Source: Vicugna vicugna
Taxonomy: Eukaryota
DNA length: 64,000 nt
Assembly (NCBI GenBank): GCA_013265495.1
Contig: MU058584.1
Span: forward strand, 4,222,508-4,286,507
Direction: 5' to 3'
The position numbers were made by a program, and so were the translations under genes. Shown piece after piece: positions 36,701 to 51,087 of this stretch (positions are counted from its first letter, which is position 1; the number at the start of each line of letters is the position of its first letter). The notes below the pieces were generated by a model. It did no database searches and was not told the DNA's origin. It worked only from the letters and a program-made list of their open reading frames with translations.

Positions 36701-39700
36701 TGGTCATTAGCTCTCCAGAGATTAGCCTAGAATATAATCGCATAATTTCTTGAGGATAGTTTGCTTAATAAATGAATTAACAAACAGGGAACTCCTTCCC
36801 CTCTCAGTCTGCAGGTCGAATATCTCCACCTCAGGAAGCCTTTGCTGATGCCCTCAGACTCTACAGCACTCTCGGGGCACCTTGTTCAAACCGAATTAGC
36901 GTACCAGGCAGAACTGTAACTGTCTGCTTACCTGGCTCTCTCTCTGGAAAATTCCTCAAGGGCGGGGTCCATCTTACATATCTAGGGCCTGATGGCACTC
37001 AAATGCTTGTTGAATGAGTAAATAAATGGTTGAAAATGGGAGAAAAATCAGATTTTTTAAAAACAAGGTTTAGATGTGTTGGTTTTGATTGTTCTGAGCA
37101 GGAATGTCCAGCACTCCATGAGACGTACAGGCCTCTTATGACGAAAATATGATTCTTCTCTAGAAGAATTAATAGGTGAAGTTACTCTGGATGGGAATCC
37201 GAAAGAGAGAAGTGTCGAGAAAGAGCTGGAGACTTAGGACGTTGAAATTAAACTAATATTCTCAGTTGCTTAAATATAAATGGTAGGCACTACCAAATAG
37301 CCTAAGAGCCCTTGAACAAGTTTAATTTTCACTGACTAAAGTCTTCATTTGTTCAATGAAAAATAATAGACACGTGGAAATTCAATTTCTCTCCGAATAG
37401 ATGGAAACAATGAGCCCTTCTCTCTGAGGTCGCTCCTTTCCAAATATTGTTTGTCATTCATCCATTTATTCAGTATTTTTTGAGCATTTATTACCTACTA
37501 GATCTTGTCAATATTACTGCGCTATCATGTCTTTTCATCCTCACAGACTGTCAGTATTACAGATGGTGAGAGAGAGAAAGAGAGAGTTTATCCGTATACA
37601 TACTGGTACATGTGATGGCCATTTTGTAACCTACTTTTTCGATGACAATCTTTTTACTTCATTGAACATTTTCTACCACATTTTCACCAACAGCCTTTGC
37701 TGATTTTAGACCCACCCTCTCACTGAGCCATAGGTTGGCTGCTAGCTGGAGCCTAGGATTATTAGGGATTGCTTGGCCTCTGGGAGCTGGAGTTTGGCTC
37801 AGTGGACTTGCGGGCCTGCCCGAGTGCCCCCCACATTCCTGTCTGGCTCCCGCTCTGCGGGGCCCTCAGAGCAACCCTGGCTTTCACTGAGCAGACACTT
37901 GCATTCACTGGATCGCAATGACGGGGGGGGGAGTTCCGGGAGGCAGACTGGAAGGGCCCAGGCACTATCACGGGAGGGGGCGAGCGTGCATTCCTGGAGT
38001 GGAGTCAGGTTTCAGAGCTGATCCACAGCGTGGCTCCTCACAGCCAGGCCAGCCAGATCCTGGCGGGGCGCGGTTCCGTGGGAAATCTGAACGCTGGCGG
38101 CTCGGCAGCCTAGTAATCTTATCAGGGCCTCAAGAGAACGTTTTGGTTCCAGAGAAATCTGAAGGCAGATCTGCCTTCCTCAGGTTTTATGTTTGTGTAG
38201 CCAGCTTGACCACCTCTAGTCAACTCATTAGCTCTAAACATCTCAAAGCTCTGGGTGGAATGAACTGATCTCTAACTGGCACACTGTAAAGGAGAAAACG
38301 AGACACAAGAGAGACTGAGGCTGCCTGGGGACGTAGGGACCATTGGATCTTTGGAAGGTCAACAGTTTGTATCTGTTCTCTCATCCGAGGGGTTGTTCAG
38401 GTTAAACCTTAAGGAGTAAGATGGTCAGTTTCATCACAAAAACTATCCACCTTGTGTTTGGCCTTTAGAGTGTTATGTAGACATTTTTAATCTCTTTTGT
38501 GCAAAAGAAGATACAGTGAAACTGCTAACACAGTACTAAGGCTTGGTCACCAGCATCAGCCTCATTGCTCTAGGCCCTGCAGGACCTCATAGCCCCAGTG
38601 GATCTAGCTGAACCAGGCCTGGAGGGTGCTGCCCTCATACCTTGGCCTTTTGGAGAGTGAGCTCCCCATCTTTCTCCTTTTGGGTTTCCTGAACATCTGT
38701 GTCCTGGGCATTGTGGGAAATGACTGCTGAACCTGTGCGGCTCACCTGGAAGGTCTCATTTGGGTGGGTCAAATCTTATCTTAAGGGAAGGGGCTCCAGC
38801 CACTGCAACTGCAAACCCCAGTGCCTCCCTGGGAGAGGTGAGATGGGCATACAGGACCCTTACCTCCATAAGATACCCACCTAAGATGCCATCAGAGCCC
38901 ATTCTTAATGGGTAGCTTTGAGGACCCCAGGCTGGGAGCGCTGAGATGTTTCAGAGATTGGAGGTGAACGTTCTCTCCTCTCAAGATGTCCCCAGCCCTT
39001 AATTTTGAACCTACTTGCACCATATCAGGGCCACCCTCCTGGCCTTGGGCTAGCAATCACAGCCATCTTCCAGGCAGGATCTTCTATATCGATCGATATC
39101 AGTTCATATTTACAATTCAATTCATAACCACACACCAGCTCTTCAGTTAGGTCCAGCAGACACATGTAGAGGCCGTACTGCCTGCCGGGCAGCAGAAATA
39201 CAAAGATGAATGTTTTACCCTGCTGGTCCTTGAAGCGCCTAACAGGTGTCAGCAGAGCAGGGGTTTGAATTCACGTGGATGGTGGAGAGGTGTCATACCC
39301 AGCCTGGGTCCCGAGGGGCTTCCTGTGACAGACGGCGTCGAAGTGGAGTCTGCAGAGATAAATAGGAGTTGACCAAGTGCAGAAAACCAGGAAAAGCTTT
39401 CCAATCAGGGAATGAGAGCACGCGCCATTGCTAGAAACAACATGGTGTGAGTTACGAGCAGTTTGTTTCTGGAAGATAAAGCAAGATAAAGGTATCTGAA
39501 GTTGGGAGCCTAGATGGGGGATACAGAGAAATATAAGTTACAGTTTCTACCATAAAAGGAGCTCACTTCTATTTGAGGAAGCAAGATAAATACATATGAC
39601 ACAACATAAAAAAATACAACATAGTATCTTGATAAAGCTCCCAGGTGTGTGGGAGTTCAAAGTCAGCTGCTCTAATGGGAGCTAGAGAAAACTTGCTTCC

Positions 39701-41694
39701 TCTGCTGGGGATTCCCCCGACGAGTGTGGCTCCTCCCAGGCCTCCTGGCAGTCCTGGGGGTGCACAGCTAACAGGAGATTTCACCCCAGTGATTAGCACG
39801 CTCTGCCTGGGCGGGCGTGGGGAGGATCTGCACCTAAATGCTCTTACTGAAGAAGTCCATTTGAAACAGGCTCCAGGCCCCAAGGGAATGCCTTTAGTTG
39901 AGCTCACCCAAAGCCACCCCCAAGGCCCTCTTACCTCCTCTGACAGAAGGAGGCCTCTGGGAATAAACCACATTCACACACAAACATCTCCTCTTTCAAT
40001 TCACACCTCCTCTTGCAGCCCCACTCATTCCTCCCACTGTGGTCGCAAAAAGCCAGCATTTCTCCTCTTTGTCCAAAGGCATGGCAGGGACAAGCCGAGG
40101 TGGGCCCAGGAGCCGCAGTCAGCTGCCTGCATCAGCCCAGTCTGGGCCCAGCGAGAACAGCACAAAAGAAACGAGAAGTTGAGCCCTGTGGTTGCTGTTA
40201 CACAACCCAGGCACCCACACCAGGGGTCAAGGAGGATTCATGTCTTACAGCATCCCGCAGAGGGCTTCAGGCCTCCTCGGGGCCTCCTCCCTAGACCCCA
40301 CTCACAATAGCACACAAGCTAGACGGATAGTGCTGCCACCCTGATGGGGCCACCCTCCCATCCCACGACCACCCACTGCCCCTGTCTCTGAAATACATTC
40401 CCCGGCGTCAGGTCCCTGGCTTATCTTGCTTTCAAGATATGTTTTGATAGATAGTGGGAAATCCATTTCTGAGCATCCACACTGATGTCAGTGTGAGGAA
40501 AACCTAGACTTGCTGTCACGGTAACTGCTACCACTTGAATGCCTACTGTATACCGATGTTTTGCATGTAAGTTTATCTTTTTAATCCTCATGAAGTCCTA
40601 TTACATCTGTTTTCTAAATGAGGATGTTAAGGATTCGATATGATTAAATTGTGTGCCCAGGGTCTAGAAGGTGATGACCAGAGCAGCCCAGATTTGGACC
40701 CACCTATTAGACAGGATCGTACGGCCTCTGTTCTTTCTCCTGCACTGGAGGGGCTCTGGCTGTCCCCACAGTGTGGGCTCACAGGGAGACCTAAGGCCCC
40801 TCAACCTGGCCAGTCCTCCTCCAGCTCAGGCCCAGGCCATGGTGGCAGCCAGGCAGCTAAAGGCTTGGGGCTCCTGAGGTCCGGCACAGAGTTGTTCTGA
40901 GCCCTCATCCACACACCTGGGAGGTTTCTGAAAAGTTCCACTTGTGTCTCTGGTTGAAACAAGTGCCGACATCTATGGCAAAAAGGAAGTTTATATAAAA
41001 ATTCGCTTTTATGGCTTAGAGTTTTGAGAATGAGAAAGAATATTAGCAATTTCTCCCATTCCCTTCATTTTAAAGATGAGGAAACTAACATAAGTGCTGG
41101 TCACGCTTAGAGTCAATTAGTGGCGAAGTCATAACGAAGATGAAGGTCTCCCAGCTCCCAGCACAGGAACCTCCCTTCTACGGGGCGCTGTGATCCATGT
41201 GTTTGTCATCTCATAATTACTTGATTGCCTCCGCATTTCTGTATATTGTCTTCTGGAGGCTTTCCAAGTCCACACCAGTGGAACTCCATTTTCTAGGTTT
41301 TACCATTACTGGGGGCAGGGGGTGGTTAGCTAGGAGAAGAGAGGAACAACTGTTATTATCTCATTGTTTTAATCAATAAGTAACAGGAGACCTCAGCTGA
41401 GCCTCAGAGGGCTGCACCCCGACCTCATCCTACCAGCCTTCCTTTCTAGAATGTGACCCTCAAGGAGTCATCTTGGGGGAGCCCTTGGCCCACATTGCTT
41501 CGTCATGCCTGAATCCCCTCACAAAGTCCTGAATCGAAGTACTTGAGAGAAGAACAAGGATGACTCCAAGCCCTTGTGTTTCCTGGGAGAAATGAGCGGG
41601 AGACTGAGGGACGGCAGAGCGCCAGGCTGCTGCAGGATGAATGCTGAAGTGCTGCCCAGGTGGGCGTCTGCAGCCAGAGGAGCTGGCCGATGCA

Positions 41695-42113
41695 CGCATT
41701 TGCTAGGACTGCCATAACACATTGCCACAAACAAGGTGGCTTAAAACAACAGAAATCTATTCTCTCACAGTTCTGGAGGCCAGATATCTGACATCTAAGT
41801 GTCGCAGGACCACATTCCCTGTAGAGGCCCTAGGGGACAATCTTGTGGCTTCTGGTGCTTGCTGGCTTGCTTGGCTCGCGGCCACTCCCATCCTTGCCTC
41901 CCGTTACTTCACCCTCTCTTCTGAGTCTCTCATAGGGACATGTGTCCTAGGATTTAGGACCCATACTGATAATCCAGGATGATTTCCTCATCTCAAAATC
42001 TTTAACTACATCTGCAAAGACCTTTTTACTAAATAAGGTAACATTAGCAGTTTCCAGAGATTGGGAAGTGGTCCTGTCTTTTGAGAAGGGGGGCAACCGT
42101 TTAGCTCATGACA
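41695..42113 (-). mobile_element. MLT1B/C-like MaLR LTR
   Basis: ctaggactgccataaca...gtggcttaaaacaacagaaatctattctctcacagttctggaggccag...acatctgcaaagacc. Confidence 0.85.
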
Positions 42114-42764
42114 GCAGGCAACCTGCTGTCCGTGATAGGAGTGGGGGACTTGGGGCTTGGTAGGGTCAATTCTTGGTTATTTCTAGGCTATATAGTGACA
42201 CTCCTCCCCCTACTGCCCTGGGGGTGAATTGCCTATGAATATTCATTGATTCCTGTGGTGGGACTAATTTCCTGCCTCTGGGGTAGCCCACATACGCCCA
42301 TGTGTTCATGGGTCACACCACCACCCTTTCCGTTCAGAGCTACAGCTGGGAGAGAAGGTCTACAGGGTGCTGTGGAGCCTTTCCAGGAGCGATGACCTGT
42401 TCTGGTCCTTTTCCAGTGAATAACTATGGCCAGTAGGCTGGGAAGAGCTACCTAAGATTCCAGGATCATCTCCACCTTCAGAGAGGATTGCTCCTAACAA
42501 GATTATAGAACTACATTTTATCTGATCTCATTTGATATCAAGTGTTATCAAATACCTTATCAAATTATAAATACCTTATTCACGCATTCATTCATGTGCT
42601 GAGCAGCTACCAAATGAGAATTTATAAGACACAATACCTGTTCTCAAGACCCATATAGTCTGGAGGAGGAGAGGGGGACAGAAATGGAAGCAATGGTTAC
42701 AGAGTAACGTGACTGGATCTTTAAGGGCAGTGAGGACACAAGTGAGGACGAGGGACTGTAGCAG

Positions 42765-43085
42765 TCCAGGCAAACTAGCCTTTCTGTAAAACAACTCCAC
42801 ACGGTCTTAGTGGCTGAAAACGACAAAGGCTTGCTTCTCATTCACGCTACATGTCCACCCAGGCTTGGCTCCATGTCATTGTCCTCCCTCTGGGACCCAG
42901 GTTGACGGTGCAGCTGTCAGTTGTCACAGCAGAGGGAGGGAAGGTCCTGGAGGGCTTGCCCTGGCCATGGCTCTGACCTGGAAGGGTTGGAACTAGCCAC
43001 ATCAACTCAACCACAGGGATAAGGAAGTACAGTCCTCCCATGTGCCCCAAATGATGAGAGCTAGAAATATTTCATAAACATCATG
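42765..43085 (-). mobile_element. Old MLT1 LTR remnant
   Basis: tcttagtggctgaaaacgacaaagg...gggacccaggttgacgg...aagtacagtcctcccatgtgccc. Confidence 0.6.
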
Positions 43086-44377
43086 TATGTCCTGGTGGAA
43101 TCTCAGAAGACTTCACAGAGCAGATGAACTGTGAGCAGGTCTTGAAGTAAGACTATCTTTCCGGCTGACAAAGGTGAGAAGGCTGAGGAGGAAAGCATTT
43201 ATCTCTGCCATTCAGGGCTCACTCCCTTGAGACTTACACAACTCTTGTGGTCAGAGATGTCCTTCCTGATTACAACGAGAGCTGCTTTGCCAGCACAACG
43301 AGTGTTTTTAGTGATTTCCGTTGTTCTTTATGCTTTGAGGTGTGATTAGGAGGGGCAGGTAGGTTTGAAAAGGAAGTCAGGGGGTGAATATATGCCCTAT
43401 TTGTACAGGTAAACATATCAGTGAAACACAAACACGTCATGGGGTGCCGCTGTTTAAAATGTTTCCCAAATATCTTAGCCCCAGAACAGCCAACTCCCTA
43501 GACCATGCCATCAAGAGAGACAGCTTATAGGCATCCTTTTTGATTGGAAGTGCTCCCCATAGTGAATAGAGAACCTGTGCCTTTTTCTACGTGCAGTTAC
43601 ACAACACTTAGAATTGCCTTTCTCCCCCTATAAGCCCATACATAAGCTCTGCCCTTTCTGCCTATGAAAAGGGTCAGTGAAAGCCCACCTCTGAATAATA
43701 CTGGAGTTAGGTGGTGGAATTTGAAGGAAGTGGGAACACCAGGCTGTCCTCTGCCCTCTGTTCTTTTTAGGTTTCCTTTGTTGTATGATTGCATCTGGGA
43801 CAGGCCAAGCGGAGTGCTGTGTAGAGAGAGAAACCACGAGACCTGAGTTTAGGTCCAGAATCAGTAACTAGCCTTAGGGTCCTGGTTGGTCCCTCCATCT
43901 GTGAAACTGGTACCTGCGTTACCTACCTTAATAGGGCTATTTTGAAAAAGAAATAAAATCATGCATGATAAGATAGTTAATGAAAGTACTTTGGAAAGGT
44001 AAAATATCCCATAAAGTCATGGTGCTATGATTACTAATGTTTATTAGAGAGATATTGTGCAAAATTGTAATAATTCCAAGTGTGTCCTTTTTTTTTTCCT
44101 GCGTGTGTTTTCTGTAAGAACATTCTGGTGTTTTCTTTACCTAACGGAAGGTGTCAGGGGGAGGGAAAGAAGGTGACATCGGTGAATATGAATGAAACTA
44201 AGGCTTCCGTTATAGACCAAAAAGGACGCACAAAAGAGACTAACCTGAGCAGCAAGGAAAAGACTTTACAATTATCTCACACTTTTTTTTCAAAGAATTT
44301 CCCATATCTCTTGAGTTAAACCGTAAGCTCTAAAAAATCCCCATCACTGGCCCTAGGATCCTACGAAGAACACAGTG

Positions 44378-44613
44378 CAGTTGAGCCTTGAACAACATGG
44401 GTTTGAACTGCATAGGTCCACTTAGACTCGGGTTTCTTTCACTAAGCACATTGTACTATGGTAGGTACTACACGATCCACAGTTGGTTGAATCCTTGGGT
44501 TCAGAACCTTGGATATGGAGGGTTATCTATAAAGTTATACATGAATTTTCACAGGTTTTCCAGTTTGGAGGAAGGGGGTGTTTCTAACCCCCTCGTTTTT
44601 CAAGAATCAGCTG
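44378..44613. mobile_element. MER8-like Tigger MITE
   Basis: Terminal inverted repeats cagttgagccttgaacaac...tttttcaagaatcagctg. Confidence 0.8.
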
Positions 44614-44669
44614 TGTATTCAACATAGCCTTTTGAATGAACACAGGAATGCATCATATTGCTTCATGGA

Positions 44670-45215
44670 GGGGCAGCATGATGTAGGGGTTAAAAGCACA
44701 GATTCAGGAGCCGAACAGCTGGGTCTGAATCCCAACTTTGTCAGTTACTAGCTTCTGACTTCTCTGTGCCTTGGTTTTCCCACCTATAAAATGGAAGTAA
44801 CAATAGTACCTGCATGATTGATTGGGTTGTTGTGAGGCTTAAATGAATTTATACAGTTGTAGCTCGGTATCCGTGAGGGATTGGTTCCAGGATCCCTCTC
44901 TCAGATTGATTCTGTGGATGCCAAAGGCCTTATATGATATGGCATAGTATTTGCATATAAACTACACATATCTTCCTGTATACTGTAAACCACCTTTAGA
45001 TTATCTGTAATACCTAATACAATGTAAATGCGGTGGATGCTGACGTGTGGCAAATTCAAGTTTTGATTTTTGGAACTTTCAAAAAAAATTTTTTTCCTGA
45101 ATATTTTTGACCCACAGTTGGTTGAATCTAAGGATACAGAACCCACGGATATGGAGGGCTGACTGTTATTTGTGTAGAGTGCTTAGAACAATGCCTGGCA
45201 CATATGTGTGACATG
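44670..45215 (+). mobile_element. MIR split by MER2
   Basis: ttctctgtgccttggttttcccacctataaaatgg...aaatgaattta [insert] tatttgtgtagagtgcttagaacaatgcctggcaca. Confidence 0.8.
44854..45165. mobile_element. MER2 (Tigger MITE)
   Basis: ta|cagttgtagctcggtatccgtg...cccacggatatggagggctgactg terminal inverted repeats, with internal atggcatagtatttgcatataa. Confidence 0.88.
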
Positions 45216-47852
45216 AATTTTTGTTTAAGAAATAAGACGGTTTTTTATAGTCATTTAAAAGAGAATGGTCTCTTTTGCTGTTGGTGCAGCTTTGACTGGG
45301 ATGCAGGAGGAACAAGAGGACACCTGAAGTTCTCCAGCCTGAGAGTGTTCGGGGAGACGAGTGGGTAGTGCGCACCACGTACTGACCTCTGCTGGTAGAG
45401 CTCTGGGACTTCTGTACGTGGTTGGTCCTTGGAGGCAGCGCTGGAACAGTACCCACATAAGTTCAGCGTAGAACCAGGAAAATGTGGATGGGGGAGCCTT
45501 AGGCACGGAATAGCAAATCCTGCCTGCAGGCTCACAGAGCATCCACAGTCTTCAAGAAGAAGAGAATATCATTGGCTCAATAAATGCATTTCAGGAGCCA
45601 GGTTCACCCTGGTAGAGCGGGTGACGAGAGGAGCAGGAAATGACAAGGGGACAGTCTGACTGAAGTATGGCTTCCCTTCCTCTTTCTCCTTCTTGCTTGC
45701 TTCCCTTGGTTACCTCTTCCCTGACCTGTCCTCACCTTTCACATCTGCATGGGAGTCCCCTGCTGGGGAGCTGGACAGGGTGGGACTCTATGATTGCAAA
45801 GACAGCTGCAAGAATTGGAGAAGAAGCTAACCATTCGGAGCCCATCTCAGCTGACATCAGTCCCGAGCTTCCTGCTAGGCTGAAGGAATTGAGTGCCTTC
45901 ATATTTTGATTTCTCAAATAGTGAAGGTTGCTCAACCTGCTCTGAATTCATCTTGCCAGAGTAATTACATGTATTGCAAAGGTTTGGTTTTTGGTTTTTG
46001 TTTTGGGGATTTTGTTTTTGTTTTTTTGGCAAAATGAACTCAGGGCCGGTTGAGCTACCTTGCCCCTAACATACTGTAGCTTCATTCTGCGTCCATCCCA
46101 GGTCTTTCCTCGGGGAACTCTCCAGGGACAGGCCACCGGGCTCGGTCCTTGGCCCTGGCTTGTTAAACATTTTTGTTAATGACTTGGATGAAAAATAGAA
46201 AGAAACCAGATGACCCACAGCTGGGATACTTAATATGATACATGACATACTCAAGTTAAGAATGATTTATATAGGATGGGATGCTGGGCCAAAACCAACA
46301 TAATGAAATTAACCAGGGATGAACGTCAAGTCTTCTGCTTAGCTTTGGTATGTCAGGCACCGGCGGTGTAGGGCAGACCTGGCTCGGAAATACACGCTCA
46401 TGTGTTCAGTCAATTCCACAAACGTTTATTGGGCTCACCGTGTGAAAGGTGCTGTCTGGATTCTCAGAGGGAGTCAGATGTAAAGATGGTATCTCAATAA
46501 GCTGAAGGTTTAGTAGTGGCGGTGGGAAGTGATGTGATGTGTCTCCAAATAAATACAGGGCACAGGGTATGAAGCATCATGTAAGTGACAAGACCACAGG
46601 GCTGGGGGACTTTCTGGGAGCCAGGTCATGCTGAGCTGGTACAACTGGAGAAGGCTTTATGAGAGAGGGTGACTTCAGAGTGGGCACTGAAAACCAGGAA
46701 GTTTTTTTTTTTAAACAGGTGGCAATAGTGAAGAGGCAAAGAAGTAACGGTAGTGGGCAGTTAACGTGACGAATGGAGGGGCAGAGGGGAGGTATGAGTA
46801 ACCTGTGTGGCGAAAACGGAGGCTGTGCACACGTGCGTGCATGGGGATGGGGAGAGGAGGGCTCCACTGCCGAACAGAGGATGAAACTAGACTGTGTGCC
46901 GACCCGAAAGCGCCGACGATGTGGACTTTCATCGAAAGAGGGGCTCCCGGGATCAAAGGAGCACCGGGGGCCTGTTCATCTGGCCCCAGTGTGTAGGATG
47001 AATGGGTGGGGAGACTTCAGAGGCCGAAATACCAATTGATACGCTAAAGCACCAATGAGAGGGGGCCTTGAGATTGGAAAGGCAGAGAAGTTGTAGAATA
47101 AATTGAGGCAAGGATCCACATTATTTGGTATTTACGGGGAGGCTGCTGGAGGGTAGGGGTTAGAGGGAAGGTAATCAGAGTGACTGCATTTCCATTCTGG
47201 GAGCAGGGAGAAGAATTGTGCTGGTTTGGGAGGAGGAGAGGCTGGGTTTTGTTGAGGCCATGGCAGGACACTCAGAATTGGAAGTACGGGACCGGAGTGT
47301 GGAGGGGCATTGGGCTGAGATGAGGTTCAGCGGTCATCTGCACAGAAGTGGTCTCTGCAGCCGGAGCAGGGCGAGAGCAGGCAGAGGACAACACCGTGGG
47401 CATCCTTCACATCTGAGGAACATCTGAACATCTAAGGACAGTGAAGGAGCAGTTTATGTACAAAGGGTTGGGAATTTAGCTGACCACAAACTTCTCATAA
47501 ACTAACACTTTTCTCTTGGAAAAAAAAAAAAGACTCAATCCCAGGCTTTATATCCCACAAGTGTAGGATTTCAAGTTTTGGACCCTGCCCAGGTGACCTC
47601 CCCAGGACTCTGTGTACTCCTGTCTCTGTTCCCCAACCCTCTCTCAGCTCTGAGCTGTCACCCAGGGGCTGGGATGTGGTAGCTGAGATACAGAGAGAGA
47701 TTGGAGGGAGAGGGGACAGAATTATTTATCCATCGGGCAGAGATCCTCTAAGTGCTTTTAGTGGCGATCAGGTCATGGGTCCCACCCACCTCGGATAATT
47801 CATAGACTCACAGCCACACACTGGGAAGGTCTGAATGAGGCATGCTCTTCTA

Positions 47853-47960
47853 ATTTTTTTTTATTTTTTGTCAGTTTACAATGTGTCAATGTCTGATGTA
47901 CAGCATGTTTGTCATACATACACACGTGTATTCATTTTCATACTCTTCTTCATTATAGTT
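47853..47960 (-). mobile_element. Short camelid-type L1 3' end
   Basis: T-tail then gtcagtttacaatgtgtcaatgtctgatgtacagcat...ttcattatag; same family as the L1 fused to U6. Confidence 0.7.
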
Positions 47961-48039
47961 GCTTGTTAATGATAAAACTACAGTCAACAACAAATCCTTT
48001 TTAGAAAATCCTAGGATTTGGTGTTCAGGGCTTTCTCTT

Positions 48040-48600
48040 TAGTGTTAAAATATTACTTTATTATTAAGGTAATATTAAACATTTTAAGGTAATATAAAAA
48101 TTATCATCCTTACACAACTGTTTTTTTCTCTTTTTCTTACTCCCTTCTGGTCCTCAGTTTTACCCCCTTTATCATTTAAAAAAAACTGGAAGAAATAGAC
48201 AATTCCACTTAATATAACTATTTCCAGTTTTATGTCTTTATTATTTCTAGCCACATATATAATTCTTGCAAAATTATAATCAGCTCTGTACTCTATCTTT
48301 TCACCTAATGCTATTTCCAAGACAATATGCTTGTTCTCCGGTCATATTTTCACTTAAAATGTCTGCGTAATAGTCTATTAACACAAATATACCATCATTT
48401 ATTTAGTAATTTTTCTATTTTGAGACATGGCATTTGCTTCCACTTTCTTCTTATTGTAAATAACAGAGCTATAAACAGTACATGTATCTTTTTTTCCTCT
48501 TTTGAATTATTTCTTTGGAAGCAATTCCCAGGAGAGGAATTACTAGGCCAAAGGATATGAATGTTTTTATGGTTTTTGATCAGTGTTGCCAAATTAGCCC
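48040..48600 (-). mobile_element. Old L1ME-like fragment
   Basis: ataccatcatttatttagtaat...attcccaggagaggaattactaggccaaaggatatgaat...gttgccaaatt. Confidence 0.6.
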
Positions 48601-49044
48601 TCAGCTGCCTTCCTTTCTCAAAGTCTCACTGTACCTGGTTCACAAATTGCGAGCTCAGCGAAATGTGCCAGGAGGGGGATGTGAGGTGAGAGCACCCCGC
48701 GGAGCCTGGTCCAGCCCAGAGCCCCATCCTCCCACGGTACTCCTGTGGTCCCCCTCTGCGAGTAGGGAGGGGAAGGGGAGGGCAGGAAAGGGGTGTGGAC
48801 ACCCTGGGAAGTGAAGCAACCATCTGGACTTCCTGCTGGAGCAGCTGCAGTTGGGGGAAGTTACATACCAGTGGGAGGGAGGCAGGGCAGAGTGAGCCTG
48901 AGGACACCAAGAACCTCACCCACTGGTCAGAGATGGAGACAGAACAGCCCGTCTGGGCTGGCCTCTAGGAAGCAATAGACTTGCTCCTAGGAAATTCCCT
49001 TGAGGTCATGAGCAAGGCTGGTCTGGGTTAGAGAGGAAAAGCAC

Positions 49045-49900
49045 TCACTCAGTCCCTAACTTAATAAAGATTTCATGAGTGCCCATTATGTCAGATTCTG
49101 TGCTGCAAATTCTGGGCACAAAAAGGAACAAAACTTGGATCCTGCCCTCAGAGAGCTTGCAGTCTAGTGAGGGCAGTCAGAAGGATAACAGGATAATGTA
49201 TGGTCAGTTATGCTATGCTCGGGACCAGATCCTGGTATGGCCTGGGGGGAGGAACGGCTTCCCAAAGAGGGTTATACCTGAGCTCAGACAGAAGGATGAG
49301 GAGGAGGAGCTGGCCAGTTGAAGGGTGAAGAGAAGGATTTGCAGCTGGGGGAGCAGCAGGAGAAAGGAGGGCGTGTGAATTTGTGAGAGCAACTGGATTT
49401 ACTCGGTAGACCGTGTAAGACTCCATAGGACTTGATCTGGGAGGCGCCAGGATTTCTACACAGAGGCGTGTGGAGGCACAGCGACATTGCAGAGGGAGAG
49501 CTGAAGGGGCCGGCCTTGAAGCTGCAGCTGTAGGGCAGGCACACTGTTATCTTAAACTGGATATGTACTTGGCATGGCTGCTGAGATTACGGGGAACGTG
49601 AAGGCTCTCGAAAGCCACCTCTTTGTGGTGCCACTTCTTTTATCCCCAAAGCAGTGGGAGATAGGGAGTTAGGTGATCAGGTTTGCATTTTAGAAAGTTC
49701 GCTGTGGCTGTGGTCCCCAGAGAATGGACTGGAGAGAGCATCACGTGGAGACCTTTAGGGGGCTGTTCGGTCGCCTGGACTAACAGCCAGGCAAGGTGGG
49801 CTTCAGGAAGGTAGAGGAGGTAGAGGGAGAGAGAGGAGATTGAGGGCGACCCTCACAGGGCCAAGAACTTTCTACCTCAGCCCTAGCTGAGGATGAAGGG
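49045..49900 (-). mobile_element. L2 fragments
   Basis: cctgccctcagagagcttgcagtctagt; atcaggtttgcattttagaaag. Confidence 0.6.
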
Positions 49901-51087
49901 AAGGGGCAGCGTGGTTCCAAGGGGCCCGTGCTGTTGTGGAGATATGCCCAGACATGGCCATGGCATTTAAAGGGCACACAGACGTGGGACTGGGTTTCTC
50001 GTGTCCGTAATGAAGAGCAGTTCCCCTGTGTCTCTTGGGCATCTGTACAGGTACGTTGTGCATGTTGGTATGTATGTGCTGGAGGACAACCAAATGAGTG
50101 TTACCATCTAGCTGGAAGAAGCCAGGCCTGGTGGTGCACGAGTCCAGGGCTCTGGACCAAATTCCATCCCTGTGGAAATTGCTGTGGATTGTTGAATCAA
50201 TGGCACAAGATTTGGGGCCCTCACCAGGATGATAATTCTGTCCCTGCCTGACTTACTAGGAGGATTAAATGAGTTAACGTGTGTGTGCATCGTGAAGGAC
50301 TTGGAAGAGGTATAAAGGACTTGACAGATGCGAGGTGTTGTCACTTCTGTGTTTTGGAAAACACAGAGAAATGTCTGGAAACGACTTGGTGCCTCAAAGA
50401 GAAGCAGGCGCTCTGGAGCGTGTGGGGCAGGGTGGGGGTCGGGGGCTCCAGGGGACGGGTACCTCCGCTTGGGCCTCTGCTTCCTCCCCTTGTGGCTTTT
50501 CTTTGAAGCTCGGAGCAGCTGTTACAAGAGAGGCCAGGTTGGGCCCTGCCCAGATCACTCTGCTCAGAGGCAGAGTCTGCGTTTGAAGCTACAAAGAGGA
50601 AACCAGCAGGGGGTGTGGGGGGTGTGGGGAGCGTGGGCAGGACTTCCTGACTGTAGTACGTGGGTCCGTCTCTGGCCTGACACCCCAGGGGCCCACCAGG
50701 AGGCCCTGGGACGTAAGGAGAGACCTGCTCTCCTCACCAGGGGGACCACTGCCCCGTCCCTCCATCCAAGGGCTCTGTTCCAGTCACAGTCAAGGGCGAA
50801 GTTCAGGAACTACAGGGACTTCCCCCTGCCCAGTGAAGTGTTTTGAGCTTTAGAAGCAAAAGCACCAATTAAGGACAGAGCAGGGAGGGCAGAGGTCAAG
50901 AATTCCAGCCCAGCCAATGGCTCTGCTTGTGTGAAGTCGGGCAGTTCTGATAGAGAAGGAGCGAAGAATTCAAGGTGCTTTTACCCTGACGACATGCTAG
51001 GAGCAAGAGTATATACATCGTATGATGGGGCGAGGGGGACGTGGGCACAGCCCCAGAGGCAGCCTCCACAAACCAGGTTCGACACCT

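Noticed and set aside
39569..40310. 221-aa and 134-aa ORFs
   Set aside because: No recognisable protein, non-ATG start, no convincing exon boundaries; probably chance intronic ORFs.
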